DNA of 64,000 bases from Ophelia neglecta (taxonomy: Eukaryota). The notes under the pieces were generated by a model. That model was not told the origin of the DNA. It did no database searches and saw only the letters and a list, made by a program, of their open reading frames with translations. The translations under genes and the position numbers were made by a program. Numbering within the stretch: the first letter of the stretch is position 1; each line of letters starts with the position of its first letter. This document shows positions 1 through 13,400 of this stretch, in pieces. The stretch covers positions 78,802,001 through 78,866,000 of the forward strand of contig OZ260662.1 of the NCBI GenBank assembly GCA_965285935.1, read 5' to 3'.

Positions 1-479
1 TGTTCTTCTTCCCAGGTCTGAGCGTTTGGCGTTATGAATGCCATTCAAATTTAACTCTGCATAGCCTTAATTTATTAAGGTAAACGATGGTGACCTTTTC
101 TCCATTTTCCACATGATTGATCTTTTCAATCACTGATGAAGAGGTTTTGCTTCCATATGTACTAATTATCAAAGTTTAATGGCACTATTTATCTTTAGAC
201 TAATTAACCTGTCCTGTCTTCCTGTGTATTTAGAGTAATCTAATCTGTATTTGATTTGGCTGTTAAGTGGCAATTGAATGACGGACTGGCCATCATTTTT
301 AGAAAACACTGGCGGATCTAAAGGGATAGCAGGGAGGTCAGAAACCAGCCTTTCTTTCCACACATTTTTCCAGGCTGTGTCTAGATAGTGTGTGACAGGG
401 TCTGCTTGCAGAAAGGCCCAGCCTTCAACATCCCTTCTGGGAGAGGGTCCCAGGGCAAAGGCCCCAGACTGCCTTCCGG

Positions 480-742
480 GAGGAAACCCTCCCCATCCCC
501 TCCCATGATATTAGACCCCTTTCTGGGAGGAGACATGACTGACACCCCCTCACATGATAATAGAACCCCTCCTCTCCTTAGCTCAAAGCCCATTCCATGA
601 GGAGACACATCTCCATCCCTCCTTTGACAGCAGACACCTTTCCGGGAGGAGACACCCATCTCACCCTCTTCAATAATGATAGAACCCCCCTCTTGGGCCC
701 AGACCCCTCTGGGTGGAGACACCCATCTCACCCCTCCCATGA
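480..742. repeat. Degenerate GC-rich tandem repeat
   Basis: GGAGGAGACACCCATCTCACCC and ATAGAACCCC motifs recur 4-5 times. Confidence 0.6.
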
Positions 743-3700
743 AAGCAGCCCTCTGCTCTCTTTTTGAAAATTTCTACATCTGCCACTTTTATCTTCGGTT
801 GTAACTTTCAGTCATGCAAAGATCTAATGAGGTCAGCTGTAATCCACAACTCTGACCGGCCCTGATCCACTCAAATGTACTGGATTGGGGCCAGATATCT
901 TCTGGCCATTTTGTAACATGAAAAAATGACAAAACACCATATAAGAATGTAATTTTTTGGCAGCCTGGTGTGTCTTTATTTCATATTCATAATAGTACAA
1001 TTGTTTTAATTTTAAATAATATGTTATTAGCTGGGTGTTTTCCTTGAAGAAAGCACAGTCCTGAATCTAGATAAAATGTGGTGATCTATATTTAATTAAT
1101 TTATGGCACACTGAAATATGAGTTAAATAAGTCATACCAGGAAACAAAAAAAGAAGTTAGGTTTGGGTTTTTTGAAGGGTTAGGAGTAGGCTTGCAGGGA
1201 AGAGTCCAGTCTCTTTCAAAATCAGCAGGCCCTGTTGAAATTCAGCAAGCCCTGAAAAATTGGCAAAAAAATGTGCTGCCAAAAAATATGTACTGGCCCA
1301 CTGGGCCTGCAGGGTAAATTCTACTAGACTTGCAGCTAAAATAATAGTCCCCTGGGGCTACCAGCCCATGCTTATTTCTTTCCTTGGGGTTGTGCTAATA
1401 ACCAATCCCACCCCTAACCCTAAACCCTGTTCCGATCTAGCTATAAGCAGTGGGTTAACCACTTCATGTCTCCTAACTTTGTCTTGTATTATTTACCAGG
1501 ACTCTAGGATGGAAAATGGTGTTGAAAAGTGTCACATGTCATTTCATTGAACAGGCTTCTACATAGAATTTGAACAAAATACATACCACCGATTCATTGC
1601 AAATGTGGACTTATTTGTTCGAATTCTAAAATTAATCTTTAATAATTTTTCTCCAGTTAACTTTAAATCGGCTGAGGAATTCTGATTTGGATTTTAAATC
1701 AATCCTGAATTGTTCTATCATTACCTACAAATATGATTAACCAGCTGGCAATAGACCTCTTGTTACACAAATGTTCAAATGGCAATTCTTCATGCAGCAA
1801 ATCGTAGTCTGCTGGCTGTGGCTACTACCATGATATTATTTATCCATGATTTGACCTTGTGTCCATTAGAAGGTCAATGTTATTGATTGAAAGTAGTTAG
1901 GTATAGCCTCCAACCCAAGCTTAGATACTACAAAGCTTTGAGCTCACCAGGGCCCGTAGGGGCCTCACCTACAATGTAACCTGTAAGCTGACTTTTGCTT
2001 TTTCCATGTAGTTTAATTAAAATCCCCGACCATTAATTGTTATTTTACATGAAAGCATATAACTTGTGCATTATTAATGCAAGTCATGACAGCTTGTTTG
2101 AAATCTTTCATGATAAGGTGATGTTGGTCAATTAATTAAGCTTATAGCCCCTAGTGGACTTGGGCCGCAGCATTTATTATCACAATATTTCTGTGATGTC
2201 CAATAATCGTGGAACCCAAACAGGCAAGCTGTAAAGTCTGTTTTCAGTGATGTTCCTATTACCTTGTCAAACTTTGATTAATTATACATGCCAGGCTATC
2301 CCCCTGATCTGCTGGCATCTTGGTCATGTTTAGATGATTGATACAAGGTGCTGTAGAGTGGTCCACAGTGCTAGCCGGGCTCCGGACTATGAACAGACAA
2401 TACTTAATTTGTTAGCTAGTTCATGGGCTGCATGTTTTATCACGGTAACTGCAGCAGGGGTGATAACTATAAAACAAGACTGGTTATCTATCTTAGCCAT
2501 ACATGTATGGTAGTTAGATTCCAAAGAAATACATATTAGTATATGTACATATATTATGATTATATACAGTCCTTGTTACTCAGCATTTCTTAGTATTAAA
2601 TGTAACAGAAATGTGGACAAGCTTGTTGTATGTCAAGGGGAAACTTCATCAAGGTGTAATATTGATTGCATTTCCTCTCGAGTCTCCTTGTTGAAGAGCC
2701 CCAGTTTACAGCAAGTTAATCCAGAAGGTTTTGGAGCTACCCAACCTTCATCTCCATAATTCATGGGCTACAGAGATGATGTTAAGATGGTTCTTTCTGA
2801 TCAAATGCTCTCCGATTGCTTGTTGGCATGATTTTCACTCGTTGTGTGATGCCTAAACCCCGGTGATAATAAACACCACTGTTTGAAGCTTAGTTATTAA
2901 TCCCATTAATGAAAATTTCCTTGCAGTTTTGCCATGTTTATATGTGTAGTTGGCAGGTAGTGGCACATAATAGTCCTCATCAGCCTCCTCTCGAGGGAGC
3001 CATGGCCGATGGCTGGCCTCCTTCGCACCCAATCAAACCCTTTATCTGGCGTGCACTGCCAAAGTTGGCTGCGATCAGACGTCATTTGGACGGCAAAAGG
3101 TGCAGGTTACATGGACACACTTGGCAAGATTGGACATGTAAGGAAACAATAGTCATGCACTTCAACCTCCTCATCTGGCGGCAATAGATAGCCCAAGGAT
3201 GTCATTTTGATCTTTTATGTTGATGATCAATAAGGTTTAGAAGCTGATCAGGTGATGATCGCCAAAGCACCAGCCATTAATCTGCAGAGAAAGGCCACTC
3301 AATATCGACTGCCATTGTTGAAGTTGTTGATAGGTGCTTGATGGTTTGATGCATTGTGGTGTGTGAAAAGCAGTCTACTAGATGGCAAGTTATCACACTC
3401 ACACATTGGTGTTGTAAAATGGGAGGAAAGAGCTTTCTCTTGCATTCAGATTGATTATTGCATCCATGCCATTGATTCACTCCTAATAAAAGTTATTCAT
3501 GCTTGTATACCGTTCTTTGGAGCTGCAATGAATCCCTCCTTGACACAAATCCCAGAAATTACCTAACCTCTTTTGAAATTAAAAGGGATTTTTGGTCCTG
3601 AAACAGTAGATTCTTAATCAGTTTTGTAAAACAAGAGTGACAAGAGCAGTTTTTTTTACATATGAATCATGAGGTGAGGACAGGCTTTTTATTTCTTTTT

Positions 3701-3754
3701 TTGCACATGCATTTTAATTTGCCTGAGAATCACTTTATTAACTTCAGGTAGCCC

Positions 3755-3811
3755 TATACTTTTCATGTCAAAAATAACCTGTCTCAGTGGGCCACCCCCA
3801 TAATCAGACCA
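3755..3811 (+). mobile_element. Internal fragment of the MITE family seen at 10319..10496
   Basis: TATACTTTTCATGTCAAAAATAACCTGTCTCAGTGGGCCACCCCCATAATCAGACCA aligns with 10397-10451. Confidence 0.55.
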
Positions 3812-3816
3812 TCATT

Positions 3817-4145
3817 TTCCTGTTTGTCCCTGGGGAGGGGGCAGTTTTCCTTGTTTATCCCTGGGGAGGAGACAATGTTCCTTGTTGTCCCTGGGCAAGG
3901 GACAGTGTTACTTGTTAATCCCTGGGCAAGAAACAATGTTCTCTGTTTGTCCCTGGGGAGCGGACTGTGTTCCTTATTTATACCTGGGGAGGGGACAGCA
4001 TTCCCTATTTGTCCCAGGGGAGGGGACAGTGTTCCTTGTTTGTCCTTGTGGAGAAGAGTGTTTCATTTTTGTCCCTGGGGAGATGACATTGTTCCTTGTG
4101 TGTGCCTGGTTATGTAATATTATTGCTTGTTTGTCCCTGGGGAGA
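3817..4145. repeat. Minisatellite, unit about 31 bp, about 10 copies
   Basis: Consensus CCCTGGGGAGGGGACAGTGTTCCTTGTTTGT repeated in tandem. Confidence 0.9.
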
Positions 4146-4551
4146 ATTCAATGGGTGTAGCTAGGTTAGGGCAGAGTTCAGTGTTTGGCTCTAGGGTAGG
4201 GGCAGAATCCTTGTGGTACCTCGGCTACAGAGAGTCCTTGTTGCTTAAAGACATAGTATATTTAATCTTTTGTCATTGCATTTATGCATGGTCTGTCAGA
4301 AAGGAGGCAGGCTTTCCAACAAAATGTACATAGCATTTCATTCCCTACAGGACAATTAATTTCTGAAAAAAAGCTTTTTTTTTAAACCCCCAGGAACAAA
4401 GGAACCAGCTACCATTCATTGTAAATAATTTCCAGGGATCTGCTCACTTGTTCTTGTGATTTACATAGCTTGCAAGTTCCCTACTGCAGTTAACTTCTAA
4501 AAAAAATATCCACCGCTACTCCTTATATATATACTTTTTTTTGCATTACAG

Positions 4552-4675
4552 ACAAGAAATGCCTTCTACATCCCAATTGAGGAAAAAGATGAAAACCGAC
4601 CTGGCATCTGAGTATTCTAGTGGCCTGAGCAAGCGGCATCAAACCAAGCTACAGAAGAAAATCAGCAACCTATAA
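4552..4675 (+). CDS. DDX31: Probable terminal coding exon of DEAD-box RNA helicase DDX31 (Dbp7 family); upstream exons lie outside the window
   Basis: Strong acceptor (T-run-GCATTACAG ending 4551), then x-QEMPSTSQLRKKMKTDLASEYSSGLSKRHQTKLQKKISNL-TAA. AATAAA follows at 4728, 4802 and 4812. The basic tail with SEYSSGL matches my recollection of the DDX31 C-terminal SEYSSGM motif. Its position convergent with Barhl fits the recalled synteny. Confidence 0.62.
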
Positions 4676-4727
4676 AAATCGCGCAAAATAGTTGCAGCAA
4701 GAATTGTAATTAGTTTAGTCATCTGTT

Positions 4728-4817
4728 AATAAAGGTGCTAAAATGAGTTTCGTCAGAATCTCAATCTACAATGTCATCGTCTTTTCTGTATATTTATGGA
4801 GAATAAAACTGAATAAA
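4728..4817 (+). terminator. Polyadenylation signals of the plus-strand (DDX31-like) gene
   Basis: Three AATAAA hexamers (4728-33, 4802-07, 4812-17) lie 50-140 nt after the stop codon, followed by TTGTTGTT. Confidence 0.5.
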
Positions 4818-7800
4818 AAAGCTTGTTGTTAACACTTTTATGATAAAGAACGATTTTCTAGTTAGTTCACCAATAATCTGGATAGAAATATTGTGTCCTA
4901 TCGTATGAGAAGACATTATAAATATATAAGTGAGAAAGAAGGCTTCCTATTTGCGATTAACAACATGTATGACACCAGAAAGAAGTTAATAAATTTGATC
5001 CCTAGCCATCTACCAACCTGCTGCAATAGTAATACATTAGCTCCATCATTATGCCTTCAAATATCTTGGTGATTTACCTGCAGCAAAGCCTTGGAGATAC
5101 ATGAGTAATCTATGGGTACTGACCACCATGTAGTATCTCCCGTTAGCTACCTGCTCGAACCAGTCATTACCTTTGGGGAGAAAGGCAATCATATGCACAT
5201 AATTATAATGCAAGGTGTTATAATTTATAATTTGTATTTCCGCTCTATTGGTAGGTGCGTGATTTGAACTAATTTGAGAACAGTAATGCCTTTATTCCAA
5301 TAGCTCCCCTTTTCTCTTTATGATGGGTAATTTGTCCCCAAATATCTTGCTACACCCAAAATTGATTTCGACATATTAGAATTGATGTAGTCTACTTTAA
5401 TGAATATAATATGATATCATTTGATGCACATTTCAGGTATATCTTTGTTAGGTTGACTGGTCATTTAAATTATATTGTGCTGTTCCTTGATAAGCACGAC
5501 ATATGATCTGATATATATTTATAATATATATCATTGGACAAGAGCTATACTGTGTTCGTTCCGTATCATATTTAACTAGGTTCTTCGCTCCAGAAAACAT
5601 GACAGATTCCAGTTATTCTAAAGACTGGCAAATTGTTGCAAAAGTTTATTTAATGGTTTCCATTAATAATTATATTCAATTACACATTCAACGCTTTACT
5701 TCGCTTAATCAAAATTTATGTAATTTGCGTGCAACTGATGTGCGTGTTGTGAAACAATTACTGTCCGTATCCCACTTGGGGTACGACCTTCAATGACCTC
5801 GGCCCTTCATAATTTGATCATTGAATTGCCCTCAAACAATGAACAAGCATTTGATAACAGGATGATAATAATTTTCAACTTTCACCGATCTGTCCGGCGT
5901 TTCCACGAAGATGACCCTTAACAAGACAAAGCCATGCCGGGCGGAACAGATGTAGTGTCTAGTCGCAGATGTAGATGATGGTATTTGCTACAGATGTAGG
6001 CCTGTTAATTTTCGACATTTTACTGACCCGAAATTTCTAAATTTCAAACATCATGCCATCTTCTATACGCATCCAAACCCCTGAATTCCTTCTAAATTAG
6101 ACTGAAGTCTAAATCATTCCTTCCAATGAATTTGCTTTGTCATCTTTATTTATTTTTGTGTAAATGGATAAAACCTTTTAAACTGTAAAATGCATGGTGT
6201 CAGGTAGATTTTTAGTCACTAAATAATTATGTCCATGCATGACCGCCCATGTCTTTCAACTTACCATAACTGCACCTCCCACTTATAATTTGGAGTCTTA
6301 TCCTAACTTGCCAATTGTTACATTTTCGCTGCAGTCGATTTTTGAAAGGTATGCCTTTATAGCCTCACTTTATTATTTTAATCCCTATAGTGCAGTTTTG
6401 CATTACCATCTCTTTTGTCATTTTCGGCATGTTGCAATTGTGCGTCGGGCTTATATGATGAAATTTTAAAATATCGATAGAAAGTCAATATTTACCATGC
6501 TATGAATAGTTTACGGCCGCGGTCTATACGTTGTTAACACGGTCATGTATAATATGGATCAAATATGAATAGTGTGTTTGTGAACCTGCATTCATGCAAT
6601 CAGTGGCTTAAATGAAGAAAAAACCTACGATATCATTAATATAGTCGAATCGACAATTTATCGTTCTATCTTTAATAATGTATTGATTGGCAAGTTATAC
6701 TAGGATAACATACCATCGAACTAAAATGCAAAAAAAAAAACTTTATTGATATATTAAGTTTTTCTAACGTTTTTTGGTGTGCCCTCCCCCCTTTTAATTA
6801 ACGGGTTCTCTTGTTGTAGAAACATTACTGAATGATGATCATGATGGATCGATGGTCTTGAAACGTCGGTGATCTGATATAGATATAATCCACGGACACA
6901 AACAATCAACCTATTTACAACTTGTTGAATCCGTGCGCACAAATTAAACGGTGCCCATAAACGTTGGCTGATTACGTCTCTAATAATAAATTGAATGAAT
7001 TTATTGCATATATCTGTACTTAATTTTGCTTCATGTAAAGCTCTAGATTCTGGCGGCACCAGATGATAACTCTATCTAGGTCTGCGTGCGAGCTATGACC
7101 ATTGACGTACATTATAGAAATCAGCCGCCAAAATTCATAAGCTTTTCAGAACGGAATGATTAGGTGAAGACAAACTAATCATCCGCTTTCCCTTTGAACA
7201 AAGTTCGGGAACTGGTGACGCCGCGGGAAGATTCGTCATTAGAGAGATAGCCGAGATAGAAGTGGAAAATAGACTTTGTGTTTGGAGCTTTTTTCCGCCC
7301 ACTTCCTGTGGCCATCATGCGATGGCTGTATCTGTCTGGACGACACTGGTTCCGTATCAGTCCGCCTATTGTACAGGAAACTGCAAGATGAAACCCCGAC
7401 TCAAATTATCTCTATTACCTTTTTTTGACATCCCTAACCTCTTCCTGGGCCTAACCACTCTCAAATTAACCGTCGTAAATTGATTTAAAGGAAGAGTTTA
7501 AGTGGGGATCTACTCCACTATACAAGTGCATTATTTACCATTGGTCGTGATACAAACTAGGTGTTTGGAGACCGGCTTTAGGAAATAGAAGGCGTTCGGC
7601 ATCTTTCTCATCTCGGCGGCCTTTTTAATTGGAAGATTGGTGGTAATTTCAGTGAAAATTGTCGCCGTTTAGAATAATTCTCTATTGGGTAAAGTATCAC
7701 CATGCAGAGACGAGCCAACTAATGTGCGGCGATCACGAAAGAGAGTTGTCTGCTTAAGTACCTGGTTGTTGGTTTAGGGTAGGTATTTAAGGGTAGACAA

Positions 7801-10318
7801 ATTATTAGATGTGTTACCCTCTTTTGGCCCCCTTCCATTAGCCTTAGCGAGACCAGAACGCTCTCCTTGCCATATGCTGTTGCTGGCCCACTGCGTCTGA
7901 AAAGGCGACAACGGCCGACAAATTGATGTCAGTAATAACACACCATAAACCGTTGGTGGCGCCTCATATACCTGTGAATGTTTGGGAACATTATAAAGCT
8001 ATACCCTTTGATGAAATATATCTACGTGTTGCTGTACGCCCGCAAAAGTAGTGATTTTCCTATTGCGTGTCGTGGAATTTTTGGTCCATAAAACACAATT
8101 AGTTGTGATGCTATGAGACATAATATTATATTATCATGACACAGACAAATGCTCTGAAGCGATATCATTGTCAAGTGATTTAAGGGGGAGTAAAGTGACA
8201 GATGACATGTAGAATATGACATTAGGGCATGGTGAAAAATGGTCAAATATATCCATTTTGTTTCCTCGTTCAAGTTTGAACATCAGGCAATATAGGCTAA
8301 CAGGTATAGAAAGTCAGATTGGAGACTTCATTGAACATTTCGAATTAAGGTAACAAAATGATCATCACGCGCCTAAAGGCTTTTAAAAGACACAGTTTTA
8401 ATTGTTAAAACTCCAACCTTTGCAGAAAATGGGTTTCTAGAGGGTTATATATCGTATTTTGATAGGCACATAAACATATATATTTATAAATTTGTACATA
8501 AACAATTATAACAATGTCGTTGGTATATCTATGAAAAGTCAACTTGTGACTTTAACCTGGGTTGAACGTAAACTTATCTACATATTATCCGTTATAGTAA
8601 AATTATCATGTTCCATGATAATTTGTCTAAAAGATGAATCTATATAGGGTTGACCTATATAGGTTGACCTATATAGTACTATATACCCCTACCAGACTAT
8701 TACGGCAAAACCTGACAATGCCTTCGAGTCGGCGCATCAAACAGATAAAAACGACTTCGTGCAATATTTGGTTCAGTCAACAGCAACGAACAACTGCATT
8801 ATGGCAATGACTTATAAATAAAGTATATGCCTTTCTATTGGTTGTTCATTCATAGCATGCTGAAACAAATGAGTTCAAAAACCTTAAATATGTGAAAGTG
8901 TTTATTATTTAATTTTAAAGGCAGACTTCGTCCAAGTTTAATACCAGGCAGATATCGTTTTTTTGAAATTATTTTACGAATTTAGAAGCTCCCTGATTGC
9001 TGCATGTAGGCCTAATCCTGGGTTTATAAATTATATATATGCATGTGTGTGTAAAGGCCTGTATATCTATATAGCGGAACGCTTCAAGCCACAAATAGAA
9101 GTGCACTCAGTATATCATATAGGCATATGTCTGATATTAACAACTGAGAAATTTACTAAATTCTACATTCCTCAATTTGATTGTTATTTCATAGGATTTC
9201 ATCTCAATTTTAGAAGTCCATTTATCATTAGGACGCTAGCTAGATGACACAGTCAGAGGCGATAGCATCGCCCACCGACTGATATTTCAAATTGATACAT
9301 CAAACCACACAATGTCGGGACTTGTTTTAATGTGAGAAGTCAAGCAAACTTTGCCACCTCGTTTTCAATGTACATCGTGCCTAATCAGATGCTATCTGTC
9401 CAACCATTTTATCTCATTAGACCACAAACGATGTCGGATGCCCCGAGGACTTACCGATGAAATACTCCATCTTGGCGACATCAATGGCACAATGAAAAGG
9501 CCATCATACCTGAGAACAAAACAACATTTTCCTAGCAGTTTAACAGGTCCTAGACACTATTTAACGAGAATAAGATAGTTTGACTTCAGGGGAAATCATT
9601 TCAAATGACTACGCTGATAGCAGAGTTCATTGACTTGACTTTACCCGAAGCGGGACTATCCGTCTTTTGGTCGTCTCCTAATGAAGACATCATCATTAGG
9701 AGCGACTTCAATTGATAGTTTATCAACACAGAATGCTGCTAGATATCGACACTGTGCTTGTCGCAGGCGTCAATGGACACTGCCGCATCCTTCATATCCT
9801 TAGGGCTAAGGCAGCTTTATTCATTTGAAATGAGTCGATAATGAGGCAAACATATCAGGCGAGACTAGTTCATTTTGTCGCCAATTTTACTTCTGAAAAG
9901 TCGATCATGCCCGAAGATAGCACATTCTGTGAACCAAGCCGCCTGCTTTGTTTCTTAAGAACGTTCGAATTATACCAATAAAAGGCCTCCTGGTATATCA
10001 GGCTACTGCCAATTCCCCGAGGAACCAGGGTCAAACGCCAATTTCAGAATATTCTCACGCAATATAAAAGGTCATGATGTTTTGTCAGCACCATTCTCAA
10101 ATTAAGGACACATATATTTCCCTTGCGTTTTTGTGACGATTAGTCCATATACCTTTGATACGAATTCAGCTACAATTCTGGTGCGTACTAGGCTATATAA
10201 GTTTAGGAAGTTTGCACGAAGATTTGATTATTGATTACGCTTATATACAATTAATTCATTCGTAGCTAATTCATCAAAAAAATCCATAATCGCATAAACC
10301 CATTAGACAGCGAAAATT

Positions 10319-10496
10319 CAGTGAAACCTGCCTTAAAGACCACCTCTATAATCAGACCACCTGTCAATCCAGACCACAACTATGAGGGTGTTGCTATATA
10401 CTTTCAATGTAAAATGACCTGTCTAAACAGACCACCTCCAAAATCAGACCAGTACTCTCCAGTCCATTTAGTGGTCTTAATTTACAGGTTTCACTG
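10319..10496. mobile_element. MITE, Tc1/mariner-pogo-like
   Basis: TIRs CAGTGAAACCTG / CAGGTTTCACTG, internal AGACCAC repeats, TA on the right flank (TT on the left). Confidence 0.8.
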
Positions 10497-13400
10497 TAAT
10501 ATACGTTTCACACGAATCAGAGTTAATCCACACCATGGTGAAAATACAACAACTGGTCATGTTTGGGATAATGTACGGTTTTCAAGAGTACTCGAATAAA
10601 AGGCTAGTATTTAAGCCAATGAGTAGATCTATTCCTGAAAAGTTCTTTAACGTGCTTAAGCTCCACCCAACAATCGGCGCTGTACGAAGTAGGCCTTCAG
10701 GGATCTAAAGAGTGCAAGTACAGGTGGACATTAACAGGAATTAATCAAAGCTCAGCCCGAAATGGTTCATTTTGTTGACACATTCTCCATTTTAATGCTT
10801 TTTTAATAATGTTATACCTATAGGCAAGCCTATAGCATGGCTCTGCAATGAAAGGCCATGTAGAGGAAGCACTCGATTCACACTTTCACTTCAAAGTAGA
10901 TCCGTTTATTTCCCTCAGTTCCTGTCTTAAAATTTACTCAGTGGCCCCATGCATCGATAACATTATTTCTAAATAGCACTAACGTTAGGCCAATCGATCA
11001 CTGGTAGAGGGTTGCAATTAGAAATGTTCGACAGTCGTTCGTTTAGACATACTGTTGGGCTTTCGGAACCTACCGGTGTCAGCTGGAAACTTACAAAATG
11101 ATTACCCCTAACATCTTATCGGTGACTCAGCGTTGCTGAGACAAAGGGCTTGCTTGACTTTAAGAAACTTTTCGTCATCTTCAGTGTCCATTAGTGTGAT
11201 TTTCTCACCATTTCAACGCCAATCTTAGAGGCAAGATATACTGGCTGCCATGACCCTTACTGCCAAAATAATGGTGAAATTGAAAGGATAAGTAGACCTG
11301 GGTGTCCATTACATAGATTTGCCTATCATCCATTTTTGCTTGTATCTACAAGGGTGCCTGTCACCGCCAGCTTCCATCAGATAACATCTCTCTGCTTGAC
11401 GCATTACATTAAACGCTCTTTTCTGAGTCTTAGGGTACGGTTTGATGCATCGTTACTTAGTAATTGTCCGAAGAACTGACTCCAGCAGTGAGTTAACCGC
11501 AGTCTTTTTGAAGCCGATACCGCGAATAGCGGCGCCGGCGGCGACGGAAAGTCGTTTTATCCTCATTATTACTGTTCAGGAATCTTTGGTTTCTAGGCGT
11601 TCATTTTTCAACCGAAATTGGAGATAAGTATATGTTAAATAAAGAGGTTGTCTTTTATCATGGCGACTATGATACCTGATTATCATCGCAGCCAGAGGGA
11701 GTGTGAGCTTTCTTTGTGGCACACAACAGTGGCAGTGATATCTCTATTTCGTTAAAATGTCAAAATACATCCCATTCCTGGTGTTAAAGCTAATTACAGG
11801 TCAGAAACACGGATATTTTTAGTTTCTTTATTAGTATTCGGCAGAGATAGGGAAGAGTCTGCTTTTCTACTGATTGCTGGCTTGTAGTTTTAACACAAAA
11901 TGCTAGAGGCTTATCAAACTAGCTAGCTAAAAAGTTTTCAGCGGAGAGGGCCTAGCATTCATAGTGAAGGGATTGTTCAACCCCGTGAAGTCACCATGAA
12001 ATAGGCAGGGACAAGTTTTATTATAGAGACAAAAGCACCTTTTATTACGTTATTCTTATGTAACGTCTTATCTGTTGCTTCGCAATTATAGGTTTTTCAA
12101 CAAACCTATTAAGGAAATATGTAAGGTGAATACCTCTACCAAAACTTTCAGTCCAGGTGCAAAACACCCTCATATTAATATTTCAAGCCATGGATTGAGT
12201 GTTCGGTTCTATCCCTCTCGGCTTTCAGCATCCATTGCAGTATATGTCTATGAAAGAAACTAAATATAAAACATGTTTCAGACTTTCTTCTCCAAAAAAG
12301 CCACAATTGGAGTTGTATTTACTGAGCCCCCTCTCAATTCATGTAAGTTTAGCCTATGTCTTAACAGGCCCATGGGAAAACTTCGTGGCGTAGTTGAATT
12401 TTCGAAGCAGTCACACCATTGAGGCATTGTTTCGTCGGTTTTAAACATAGAATATATAAAAAGATCAATATCATCTTCACATCTGATGGCAGGAAAGATA
12501 ATCAAACAATAGGCTAACGTCTTTGAGTGGATCTGAGATCTTTGTAACCACCCTATATAGTATACGTATGATAAGGCGGCTATACATTCACTGGTGAGTT
12601 ACCGTCTGTGAGGTGGGACTCCCGACTGAGAGTGTTGATCGTTATAGGGGACCTCAACAGCGCCAAATGCTTTCCCCGTCTACCACATGGCGTACTGGCA
12701 CAAAATAATGGGACAAGGTAATTTGTGTGCTGAGGGATACATTGTTCTTAAATACCAGCTAAACAGGCAACTTGGGGTTTATTAAAGGACGCCATACAAA
12801 TTCAATGTCACAGAAAATTGGCTGAGAAATAAATACGCCTATAGGCAGGATTGATGGTCAGTCCAGTATAATTGACTTGTCTCAACTCTTTGACATAAGC
12901 AGTTAAGATTTATTGAGTCAACTTAGTATCAAGGCGAACTGAGATGGGTCATTAAAGACGGTAGGTAGTTTATTGGGTGAAAAAGGCCCGGGAATTTTGT
13001 ATCATCCACAAATCTAATCAAGTTTATAGCCCCAGTTTGTTTTTTGCTAGCACGCATGCATGCGTTTATTAACTTTATAATAGTTTAAATCTTGATTAAA
13101 AAGACAAATTTAACATATATATATACATACGCAGGCATGTATATCTTAGTTTTGCCAGAAGGCGAAGTCGACTCCACGATTTGTTTGTATGTTAGGAATG
13201 CACCAGAAGAATTTCAGAACAATGACCATCCTTGTTTTGTCAGGTTATTACCCTATCAAATCAGACTAATTAATACAATAAAAACCGCCTTGGAGGTGTT
13301 TTGCTGTTGTTTGCCTTGGGTGTGCTTTCCCCCGTTCATCTGCTTGCCGACAAGGTGTGGTCGCCCAGCCTCTGGCCTGCGGAACAGGTAAACTCCCCCT

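Noticed and set aside
16-79. Possible small plus-strand exon (CCCAG...AG/GTAAA)
   Set aside because: Its translation shows no DDX31-like or other recognisable sequence, so the splice-like signals are probably chance.
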